Source: Actinomycetes bacterium (GTDB lineage Bacteria; Actinomycetota; Coriobacteriia; Coriobacteriales; UBA8131). From it: DNA of 64,000 bases. Within the stretch, counting starts at the first letter, position 1. Each line of letters starts with the position of its first letter. The position numbers and the translations under genes were made by a program. The DNA is taken from the NCBI GenBank assembly GCA_009787085.1, contig WRGR01000044.1, positions 81,017 to 145,016 of the forward strand. The letters are read 5' to 3'. Of the stretch, positions 36,040 to 44,104 are shown one piece after another. The notes beneath the pieces were generated by a model. That model was given only the letters and a program-made list of their open reading frames with translations. It did not search any database and was not told the origin of the DNA.

Positions 36040-37652
36040 TGGGTGAGCCAAGCAACGGACTTTTGAAACTAATAACCTGTGGCAGTGTCGATGATGGCAA
36101 GTCGACGCTGATTGGGCATATCCTCTATGATGCCAAGTTGTTGTATGCAGACCAAGAGCAGGCCTTGATGCTGGATAGCCAAGTCGGCAACAGGGGCGGT
36201 AGCATCGATTATTCTTTGCTGCTGGACGGCCTGATGGCCGAGCGCGAACAGGGCATCACCATTGACGTGGCCTACCGCTACTTCACCACCGCTGCTCGCA
36301 GCTTCATCGTTGCCGACACGCCAGGACACGAGGAATACACTCGCAATATGGCGGTAGGTGCATCTTTTGCCGATTTAGCAGTGATACTGATCGATGCCAG
36401 CCAGGGTGTTTTGGCACAGACTCGCCGCCATGCCCGCATCTGCGCACTGATGGGTATCCGCTTCTTTGCCTTCGCAGTGAACAAGATGGACTTGATCGGC
36501 TATCAGCAACGGGCATTTCAAAGCGTCAGCGACGAGGTCGAAGCATTAGCCGCCGAGCTTGAGCTGCAAAACGTGGCGATCTTCCCAGTTTCAGCCACCG
36601 AAGGCGACAACGTCACTGTTGCCTCCCCAAATATGCCATGGTACAACGGCCAAACTTTGCTTGGCCACCTAGAGAGCGTCGATATCTCCGGTGCTGCCCC
36701 GGAAGTCGGCTTCTATCTGCCAATACAGCGGGTCAGCCGCCCTAACCAGAGCTTTCGGGGTTTTCAAGGGCAAATCGAGTGCGGCCAAGTGAAAGTGGGT
36801 GACACGCTCACAGCGCTGCCTTCCGGGCAGATGGCACTGGTCAAGGCGGTCTTTATCGGTGAACGAGCAATGCAGGCCGCTGCGGCCGGGCAGGCTGTGA
36901 CCGTCCAACTAGACCGCGAGGTCGATGTTTCCCGGGGCTGCGTGCTGGAAAGAAACTCCGGTCTGAGAATCGCCAAGGAATTCCTAGCCACGCTGCTTTG
37001 GATGGACGACCAAGACTTGGTCAGCGGCAAGGATTACTGGGTCAAAGTTGGCACTAAGCTACTGCCAGCCATTGTTACCGGCATCCGCCACAAAGTGGAC
37101 ATCAACAACGGCAAGCTGCTTCCGGTCGACTCCGTGGCCAAAAACGAGATCGTGCTTTGCGAAGTCGTGCTTTCGGAGCCGGTCGTTCTCGATGCGTTCA
37201 GGCTACATAAAACACTGGGCGAGCTGATCCTGATCGACAGGGTGAGCCACGCCACTTCGGCCTGTGGCGTGATCGAGAGCGTCGGGGAAGACGACGATGG
37301 TGGCGTATTGTTGCAAGATGGTGGCCTAAAGCTGCATATTCAGCTATTTGACAGCTTTTACTATCATCCAGATATCCATACTGTATTGCGTCATAGTCCA
37401 CCGCCAGTCACTTATTTCAAGGGCGATACCCTCCCCTTGCAGTCAGTCGGCTATTGTTACCCGTCAGACTTCGACTTGGTGGGCAACAATTTGACCGCCA
37501 ACATCCGCCAGTCCAAGTTTATCGGCTTCGCTGCTCCAAGCTTAGACCTACCGCTGTTGGACGCGAACGGCTTAGAGCTGGGGGCTGGTCAACCCCGTGA
37601 CTTTGGTAAATATCGGCGTGTATCGGTTTGGGAGACGGACTATGAGATTTAA
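36039..37652 (+). CDS. cysN: sulfate adenylyltransferase subunit 1 (GTPase) with an uncharacterised ~100-aa C-terminal tail
   Basis: 537 aa with GSVDDGKST, DTPGHEEY and NKMD G-motifs. The tail carries no APS-kinase P-loop. Confidence 0.9.
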   Translation: MGEPSNGLLKLITCGSVDDGKSTLIGHILYDAKLLYADQEQALMLDSQVGNRGGSIDYSLLLDGLMAEREQGITIDVAYRYFTTAARSFIVADTPGHEEYTRNMAVGASFADLAVILIDASQGVLAQTRRHARICALMGIRFFAFAVNKMDLIGYQQRAFQSVSDEVEALAAELELQNVAIFPVSATEGDNVTVASPNMPWYNGQTLLGHLESVDISGAAPEVGFYLPIQRVSRPNQSFRGFQGQIECGQVKVGDTLTALPSGQMALVKAVFIGERAMQAAAAGQAVTVQLDREVDVSRGCVLERNSGLRIAKEFLATLLWMDDQDLVSGKDYWVKVGTKLLPAIVTGIRHKVDINNGKLLPVDSVAKNEIVLCEVVLSEPVVLDAFRLHKTLGELILIDRVSHATSACGVIESVGEDDDGGVLLQDGGLKLHIQLFDSFYYHPDIHTVLRHSPPPVTYFKGDTLPLQSVGYCYPSDFDLVGNNLTANIRQSKFIGFAAPSLDLPLLDANGLELGAGQPRDFGKYRRVSVWETDYEI

Positions 37653-38880
37653 CACCAAGCTCTTGCATGGGAAATTCCCGTCTGACTGGAGCGGCTCAAC
37701 GTTGCCGCCTATCTATCAGGTGTCGGCCTTTGCCCATGAATCAGCAGAGAGGCTGGAAAAGGTATTTTTGAACAAGGAGCCGGGGTTTGCCTACACTCGC
37801 ATTGCCAACCCCACAGTCGCTGCCTTTGAGCGGCGAATGGCACTGCTGGAGGGCGGCATGGATGCCGTCAGCTGCTCTTCCGGTATGGCAGCGGTGTCTA
37901 TGGCCTTGTTGAATATCTTGTCTACCGGCGACGAGATCATCTCCAGCAGCAGCCTTTTTGGCGGTACGTTCGGGCTGCTTGCCAATTTCGAGCAATTCGG
38001 CCTCCACACCAACTATCTCAGCGAGCTCAATGCCGAGACAGTGGAGGCAGCGTTGACACCGCATACCAAGGTTATCTTCGCCGAGCTTATCGGCAACCCC
38101 AAGCTGGATGTAGTCGATATCCGTGAGCTGGCATACGTCGCTGAAAGGCATGGTCTGCCCTTGGTGATCGATGCCACTACTGCCACCCCGGCGCTGGTCC
38201 GCCCCTTGGAGCAAGGCGCCCACATCGTTGTACACTCCTCATCCAAGTACATCAACGGCAGTGGCGATGCCATTTCCGGCGTTATCGTCGACGGCGGCCG
38301 CTTCGATTGGGACTTTGAGAAATACCCGGCCTTGGCCGGCTACCAGCAGATGGGTAAGTTCGCCTTCACCGCTCGCCTACGCCAAGATATTTGGCGGAAC
38401 TTCGGTGCCTGCCTAGCTCCCCAAAACGCTTGGCTGAACTGCGTTGGCTTGGAGACCTTGGGGCTGCGGATGGAAAGACTCTGCAAAAACTCACTGGCAC
38501 TGGCCGAGCATATCGAGCAAAACCTAGGCATGGCAGTCAACTACCCGGGCTTAAAAAGCAACTCATACCATGCTCTGATCGCCAAGCAAATGGACGATGG
38601 CTTGGGCGGAGCCATCCTAACGCTGCGTACCGGCTCCAAAAAACGGGCATTCAGCCTGATTGATAACCTCAGATATGCCAAGATCGCCACCAATATCGGT
38701 GATGTGCGCACTTTGGTACTTCATCCTGCCTCGACCATTTATGCCCATTCCGACGAGCAGACCATGCAACTATCAGGAGTTTATGACGATCTTGTGCGTA
38801 TCAGCGTCGGGCTGGAGGACATCGAGGACCTGATCGAAGATTTCACTTTGGCTTCTATTGTAATGAACGGAGACAGATAG
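37642..38880 (+). CDS. metY: O-acetylhomoserine (thiol)-lyase family PLP enzyme
   Basis: Start at MRFNTKLLHG (the track ORF begins at 37597). AYTRIANPT, and the PLP lysine in HSSSKYINGSGD. Overlaps cysN by 11 nt. Confidence 0.85.
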   Translation: MRFNTKLLHGKFPSDWSGSTLPPIYQVSAFAHESAERLEKVFLNKEPGFAYTRIANPTVAAFERRMALLEGGMDAVSCSSGMAAVSMALLNILSTGDEIISSSSLFGGTFGLLANFEQFGLHTNYLSELNAETVEAALTPHTKVIFAELIGNPKLDVVDIRELAYVAERHGLPLVIDATTATPALVRPLEQGAHIVVHSSSKYINGSGDAISGVIVDGGRFDWDFEKYPALAGYQQMGKFAFTARLRQDIWRNFGACLAPQNAWLNCVGLETLGLRMERLCKNSLALAEHIEQNLGMAVNYPGLKSNSYHALIAKQMDDGLGGAILTLRTGSKKRAFSLIDNLRYAKIATNIGDVRTLVLHPASTIYAHSDEQTMQLSGVYDDLVRISVGLEDIEDLIEDFTLASIVMNGDR

Positions 38881-38881
38881 C

Positions 38882-39745
38882 ATGGAAACCGACTATAAAT
38901 CCCTGAAAGAGGGCGGCTTTATGCGCCAAGTGCAGAAGAATAACTTTTCTGCACGCATCAAGGTAGTAGGCGGCAGGCTGACGGCCGAGCAGCTCGTTGC
39001 CATTTCGGCGATAGCGCGCAAATATGGAGCCGGTCATGTGCACCTGACCTCGCGGCAAAGCGTGGAGATCCCCTTTGTCAAACTGAAGGACGTGCCGGCA
39101 GTGAGGGCCGATCTAGAGGCCGGCGGCCTGAAGTCCAGCGTTTGTGGCCCGCGGGTGCGCACCGTCACCGCTTGCCAAGGCAGCGAGATCTGCCCGTCCG
39201 GATGCATTGACACCTACCCGTTAGCACTGGCTATCTCTGAGCGTTACTTCGGGCGGCAGCTGGTCCACAAGTTCAAGTTCGGGGTGACCGGTTGCATGAA
39301 CAACTGCCTGAAGGCCGAGGAGAACGATATGGGCATCAAAGGCGGCTATATTGTGGAATGGCTGCCCGAGCAATGCAATCTCTGCGGTGTCTGCATCAAG
39401 GCCTGTCGTGAGGGGGCGCTCGCTCAAACCGATAGCGAGGTTCTGATCGATCAGGAGAAATGCAACAACTGCGGCCGCTGCGTCAAAGCCTGCCCCTTCG
39501 ATGCCTGGCACGGCGAGGCGGGCTACATACTATCCTTTGGCGGTATTTTCGGCAACCGGATTGCTGTTGGCCAGCAGCTTTTGCCCATCATCAGTGACGA
39601 GCAGACCTTGTTTCGGGTGGCCGATGCCGTGCTGGCCTTTTTCGATGAACACGCCGAGGCTTGTGAACGCTTCCGCTCGGCAATCGACCGGGTGGGCTGG
39701 GATGTTTTCCAAGCCGCAGTGGAGGGAGCTTACCATGGCCGATAG
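38882..39745 (+). CDS. small siroheme-type sulfite reductase with an inserted 2x[4Fe-4S] ferredoxin domain
   Basis: 287 aa with siroheme-cluster motifs C-x5-C (CQGSEIC) and C-x3-C (CMNNC), plus CNLCGVCIKAC and CNNCGRCVKACP. Confidence 0.75.
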   Translation: METDYKSLKEGGFMRQVQKNNFSARIKVVGGRLTAEQLVAISAIARKYGAGHVHLTSRQSVEIPFVKLKDVPAVRADLEAGGLKSSVCGPRVRTVTACQGSEICPSGCIDTYPLALAISERYFGRQLVHKFKFGVTGCMNNCLKAEENDMGIKGGYIVEWLPEQCNLCGVCIKACREGALAQTDSEVLIDQEKCNNCGRCVKACPFDAWHGEAGYILSFGGIFGNRIAVGQQLLPIISDEQTLFRVADAVLAFFDEHAEACERFRSAIDRVGWDVFQAAVEGAYHGR

Positions 39746-39992
39746 GGTTGAGTTTGCGATAGACGAGACGGTAGACATCACCGACGTGGTTTGCCCAGTG
39801 ACCTTCGTCAAGGCCAAGGTAGCCTTGGAAGAGCTGGATGCCGGGCAGATCCTGGCCATCCGCTTAAGCGATGGCGAGCCGGTGGTCAATGTACCCCGAA
39901 GCCTCAAAGACGAGGGGCATCAGGTGTTGAAGCTAGCTGACAACTGTGACGGTACTTATACATTGCTAGTAAGAAGAATGGAGGAAGATTAG
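39735..39992 (+). CDS. TusA/SirA-like sulfur-carrier protein
   Basis: 85 aa from the ATG at 39735, with active-site-like DVVCPVTFVKAK near the N-terminus. Overlaps the reductase gene by 11 nt. Confidence 0.7.
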   Translation: MADRVEFAIDETVDITDVVCPVTFVKAKVALEELDAGQILAIRLSDGEPVVNVPRSLKDEGHQVLKLADNCDGTYTLLVRRMEED

Positions 39993-40199
39993 ATGAAACT
40001 AACTGTAGCGGGTAATTTAAAAGAATTTGCGGACGGTCTGACCGTGGCCAAGCTGATCGAACTGGAACAGGTGGAGACTCCGGAGTACATCACCGTTTCG
40101 GTAAACGATGAGTTTATTGCCAGCGACTCCTTTGAGTCCCATGTTTTGGCCGATGGTGATGCTGTGGAGTTCTTGTATTTCATGGGCGGCGGCCGCTGA
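39993..40199 (+). CDS. ThiS/MoaD-family ubiquitin-like sulfur carrier ending ..FMGGGR
   Basis: 68 aa with beta-grasp length and pattern (..DGDAVEFLYFMGGGR). The stop overlaps the ATG of the E1-like gene (TGATG). Confidence 0.75.
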   Translation: MKLTVAGNLKEFADGLTVAKLIELEQVETPEYITVSVNDEFIASDSFESHVLADGDAVEFLYFMGGGR

Positions 40200-41011
40200 T
40201 GGCCTTCAGCAACGAGCAGCTGGAGCGCTACTCCCGCCACATTATCTTAAAAGAGGTCGGTGCCAAGGGGCAAAAGAAGCTGCAAGCAGCCAAGGTACTG
40301 ATCATCGGAGCAGGCGGCCTCGGGGCACCGGCAGCACTCTACCTAGCTGCTGCCGGTGTGGGCACGATCGGCATTGCCGATGCTGACGCGGTAGACCTCT
40401 CCAACCTGCAACGCCAAGTGATCCACGCCACGCCGGACATCGGCAAGGCCAAGGTGTGCTCGGCCAAGCAAAGCATGCAGGCCATCAACCCCGAGGTGCA
40501 GGTCAACACCTACCAATGCTTCGTGACGGCCGCCAACGTCATGGAGCTTGTCGCCGACTACGACTTCGTATTGGACGGTACCGACAACTTTCCGGCCAAG
40601 TTCCTGATCAACGATGCCTGTGTGCTATCTGCCAAGCCCTTCAGCCACGCCGGCATTATCCGCTTCCAAGGTCAGCTGATGACTTACGTGCCCGGCCAGG
40701 GGCCCTGCTATCGCTGTGCCTTTCAAAACCCACCGCCAGCTGATGCCGTACCCACTTGCCGCCAGGCCGGGGTTATCGGTGCCATGGGCGGGGTAATAGG
40801 CTCGTTGCAGGCCATGGAAGCAGTGAAGTACATCATCGGCCAAGGCGATCTGCTCTGCGGCTCCCTGCTGACCTTTGATGCTCTGAAGATGGAGTTCCGC
40901 AAAATCAAGCTGCCGCGCCGCGACACCTGTGCCGTCTGCGGCAGCCAACCCACCATCTTGGCAGCGTTTGACTACAAGCAGGCAGCTTGCGACCTGAAGC
41001 CTGCGACCTGA
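40199..41011 (+). CDS. ThiF/MoeB/HesA-family E1-like adenylyltransferase
   Basis: 270 aa with RYSRHIIL, GAGGLGAP nucleotide loop and two CxxC pairs (CYRC, CAVC). No rhodanese domain. Confidence 0.85.
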   Translation: MAFSNEQLERYSRHIILKEVGAKGQKKLQAAKVLIIGAGGLGAPAALYLAAAGVGTIGIADADAVDLSNLQRQVIHATPDIGKAKVCSAKQSMQAINPEVQVNTYQCFVTAANVMELVADYDFVLDGTDNFPAKFLINDACVLSAKPFSHAGIIRFQGQLMTYVPGQGPCYRCAFQNPPPADAVPTCRQAGVIGAMGGVIGSLQAMEAVKYIIGQGDLLCGSLLTFDALKMEFRKIKLPRRDTCAVCGSQPTILAAFDYKQAACDLKPAT

Positions 41012-41085
41012 GAGGCGGCCATTGAAGTCAGTGTGGCCAGCAACCTGCGCTTCAGAAGCCCATAACCCGAGAGGCGGTTTGTAAG

Positions 41086-41583
41086 GTGAAACTGCAGATC
41101 AAGCAATGTGATATCGATACTATCATCGCCCACGCCCAAGCTGAACTGCCCAATGAAGCCTGCGGCTTGGTGGCTGGCCGGGTGGATGCTGGTGGTAAGG
41201 CCAGGGGCGGTAATGTGAGTGTCAAGGGTGGATATGCGGAGGCCAAGGGCAGGGGCGCCGAGGCCGACACAGACGGGTTTTTTGTGGTGGAGAAAGTCTA
41301 TCTGCTCTCCAACATTGACCAAAGCCACGAGCACTTCTCCATCGACCCCAAAGAGCAGTTGGCGGCCATCAAAGACATGCGATCCTTGGGGCTTGCCCCC
41401 TTGGGCAACTTCCATTCCCACCCGGAAACACCAGCCCGCCCCTCCGAAGAGGACATCCGCCTCGCCCATGACCGCAACGCCGTCTATCTGATAGTGTCTC
41501 TAGCAGCAGAGCAGCCAGTCTTGAAAGCCTTCCGCGTGATCGACGGAGTAGCCTCAGCAGTGGCGGTGGAGGTTTTGGGCTGA
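41086..41583 (+). CDS. JAMM/MPN+ metalloprotease (Mec+/HcyD-like)
   Basis: 165 aa, GTG start. It has the full JAMM signature: E (NEACG) ... HSHPETPARPSEED (HxH-x7-S-xx-D). A Gly/Ala/Lys-rich ~35-aa insertion follows the Glu. Confidence 0.8.
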   Translation: MKLQIKQCDIDTIIAHAQAELPNEACGLVAGRVDAGGKARGGNVSVKGGYAEAKGRGAEADTDGFFVVEKVYLLSNIDQSHEHFSIDPKEQLAAIKDMRSLGLAPLGNFHSHPETPARPSEEDIRLAHDRNAVYLIVSLAAEQPVLKAFRVIDGVASAVAVEVLG

Positions 41584-41919
41584 AACTGGGTGAGCGCTGA
41601 ACTAAGGTAAAAACCCGGTCGATCCTTTCAATTTCCCTATTTCGATGCCCATGCTTTCTCCTCCGATCAGAGCCTATTCAGCAGTTTCGTTATTTGCCGC
41701 CGCTCCCGAGCGACCTATTCATCAATCTCGGTACTACGTAGTTCAGCTTCCTATAATCAAGTGCGGCGATTTCCCAATAGCAGGTGCAATAAAATTTGTT
41801 AATTTTGTGCTTCTTTGTATATTGGAATAGATTGATTATTTGTTTCTTGAGCGGTTCAATGGTTTTTACCTCCCGGTACTGCTTCGCAACAAGCGACTAT
41901 AGCTACAGCCGCTTTCTGC

Positions 41920-43254
41920 TTATCCTAGTCTTTTTGACCAGCAGCAGCTCTTGGCCTTTTTGCCGCTGCCGCAGGGACAGGGGTCGTTGCGACCTACTCC
42001 TTGCCATCTTGCCGCCATTTGGGTGCGGCAGTTGGCCATTATCGCTGCTAGCGACCGGCCACGTCTGGCCTCTGTGCTGATCGCTTGGAGCAGTGGCTGG
42101 ACGTGAGAGAAGAAACGCCGCAAGCCGCCACAGAGGTAGTTCAGGCCGGGCCGGCCGTCGTCTGCTAGGCTGAAGCGGTCTTTAGGACAGGCACCGTTGC
42201 AAACCTTAAGCCATGGACAAACGCGGCATTGCTTAGGCAGCGAGTCATGCTTGTTCTTGCCGAAGCCGACTTGCTGGGCTGAGTCCACCAGTTCCACCAG
42301 CTCCGAGCTTTGGATATCGCCCAGCCGATGCTCAGGGTTCACGTAGTGGTCGCAGGAGTAGATGCCGCCGTCGGCCTCTAAGACCAAGGCACGGCCACAT
42401 CGTGGTGCCATCCAGCAGAGGCCGGCACTGCCGCCCGACCAAACACGTGCCGTCTCGGCAAACAGCTGGATGTCCAACTTGCCTAGATCGTGGCATGCCC
42501 ATTCATCGAACACGGTGCATAGGAACTCGCCGTAGCCCTCGCTGCTGACACTTTCCTCAGCTAGGCTGCCATCGCTTTCCCTGCGGACAATCGGGATGAA
42601 CTGGATCCAGCCGGTATCCAAGTTGCGTAGTGCCCGATAAACACCCAAAGGATCGTTGACCGAAGCCGAGCTCACCGTGCAGAGCAGGTCGGGGTGAACA
42701 CCATGTGTCCGCAGACGTTTGGCAGCATCGACGACTTGCTGATAGCTGCCCTTGCCATTGCGGTCCAGCCGGTTACGGTCATGCACCAGTTGGCTGCCGT
42801 CGATGCTCAGCCCAACGTCAAAATGAGCATCGGCCAAAAAGCCGCACCACTCGTCATCAAGAAGCAAGCCGTTGGTCTGGAGGTTGTTCCAGCACGTCCA
42901 ACCTTCGGGAAGGTATTGCTGTTGCAGCCCAACTGCCCGCCGGTAGAAGTCCAGCCCGGCCAAAGTCGGCTCACCGCCATGCCAGACAAAGTTCAGCTCG
43001 GGGCCCGGACTGGCCTGGACGTACTGGCAGACAAAGCGCTCCAACAGCTCATCGCTGATCCGTGGCTGCGAAGCAGCATCTGGCTCCCCAACATCCTTCA
43101 AATAGTAACAATAGCTACAGCAAAGGTTACAGCGCGCTCCCACCGGCTTGGCCATTATCGAGAAGGGTTCGACCGATTTCTTGGACAACAGCAACGGCGA
43201 CGACACAGGCGACGGCGCAACCGACGACGATGCGGGTGGCTGGACAGACAGCAC
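41920..43254 (-). CDS. anaerobic sulfatase-maturating enzyme (radical SAM/SPASM) with a C-terminal SEC-C motif
   Basis: 444 aa with CNLCCSYC radical-SAM triad, HGGEPTLAG, LQTNG, DGGIYSCDHYV, CRVCPWLKVCNGACP and LNYLCGG. The tail is NDPCPCGSGKKAKSCC. Confidence 0.85.
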   Translation of the reverse strand: MLSVQPPASSSVAPSPVSSPLLLSKKSVEPFSIMAKPVGARCNLCCSYCYYLKDVGEPDAASQPRISDELLERFVCQYVQASPGPELNFVWHGGEPTLAGLDFYRRAVGLQQQYLPEGWTCWNNLQTNGLLLDDEWCGFLADAHFDVGLSIDGSQLVHDRNRLDRNGKGSYQQVVDAAKRLRTHGVHPDLLCTVSSASVNDPLGVYRALRNLDTGWIQFIPIVRRESDGSLAEESVSSEGYGEFLCTVFDEWACHDLGKLDIQLFAETARVWSGGSAGLCWMAPRCGRALVLEADGGIYSCDHYVNPEHRLGDIQSSELVELVDSAQQVGFGKNKHDSLPKQCRVCPWLKVCNGACPKDRFSLADDGRPGLNYLCGGLRRFFSHVQPLLQAISTEARRGRSLAAIMANCRTQMAARWQGVGRNDPCPCGSGKKAKSCCWSKRLG

Positions 43255-43257
43255 GGC

Positions 43258-44031
43258 TCAGCTCTTTAAGTGCTCGTCAAAGAAGGCCAGCGCCTTGTTC
43301 CAAGAATCCATCGCTGCCGCTGGACGGTAATTCTCGCTGGAATAGTCCCATATCGCATGCCCGGCACCGTCGTAGCGGTGAAAGCTGTATTGTTTATTCT
43401 GCCGTTTCAGGGCCTCTTCGTGCACATCGACCTGCTCCGGCGAAGGATGCTGGTCGTCGTTGCCGAAAATCCCCAGTAGCGGGCAGCTCAGCTTCTCGGT
43501 CAGGTCGATCGGAGCAACTGGCTGAGCTTCTGTAAGCTCATCTCTGGCGGCCACTACCCTACCGCCCCAACACTCTACCACTGCCGAGAAGCCGTCAAGC
43601 TGACAACCGGCAAGGAAAGCATGACGGCCACCAGAGCACATACCGATAACCCCGGCCTTACCGCTAGAGCAAGGCAGTGCATCCAAGTAGCTCAAGGCAC
43701 CAGCCACATCCCCCATCACGCTGATGTCGGCCACCCCACCGGCCTGATAAGACTTCATCGCCACCTCGTAGGGCTGCCCCTGCCCGACACGCTGGTAGAT
43801 GTTCGGGCAGATGGTGATGTAGCCGTGTTGGCTAAAGCGCCGGGCAACCTCACGGTTCAGCTCGTCCCAGCCCGGTAAATGGGGGATCAAAACGATCCCC
43901 GGCCAGGGGCCTGGCCCCAAGGGTCGGGACAGGTAGGCGCGTATCCGCACACCTTGATAGCCAGGCACCACGACTGTCTCCGCCAGCATTCCCTCATAGT
44001 CATCAGTTTGCAGTTCGTTCCACAACGTCAT
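43258..44031 (-). CDS. dienelactone hydrolase family protein
   Basis: 257 aa with an alpha/beta-hydrolase fold and nucleophile elbow GMCSGG. Confidence 0.8.
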   Translation of the reverse strand: MTLWNELQTDDYEGMLAETVVVPGYQGVRIRAYLSRPLGPGPWPGIVLIPHLPGWDELNREVARRFSQHGYITICPNIYQRVGQGQPYEVAMKSYQAGGVADISVMGDVAGALSYLDALPCSSGKAGVIGMCSGGRHAFLAGCQLDGFSAVVECWGGRVVAARDELTEAQPVAPIDLTEKLSCPLLGIFGNDDQHPSPEQVDVHEEALKRQNKQYSFHRYDGAGHAIWDYSSENYRPAAAMDSWNKALAFFDEHLKS

Positions 44032-44104
44032 TTCTCTCTCCTTATCTCCTACCGTTACGGCCTACGGCAGCCATGGCCGCAGCCCTAGGAAACGTCGATC
44101 AACA

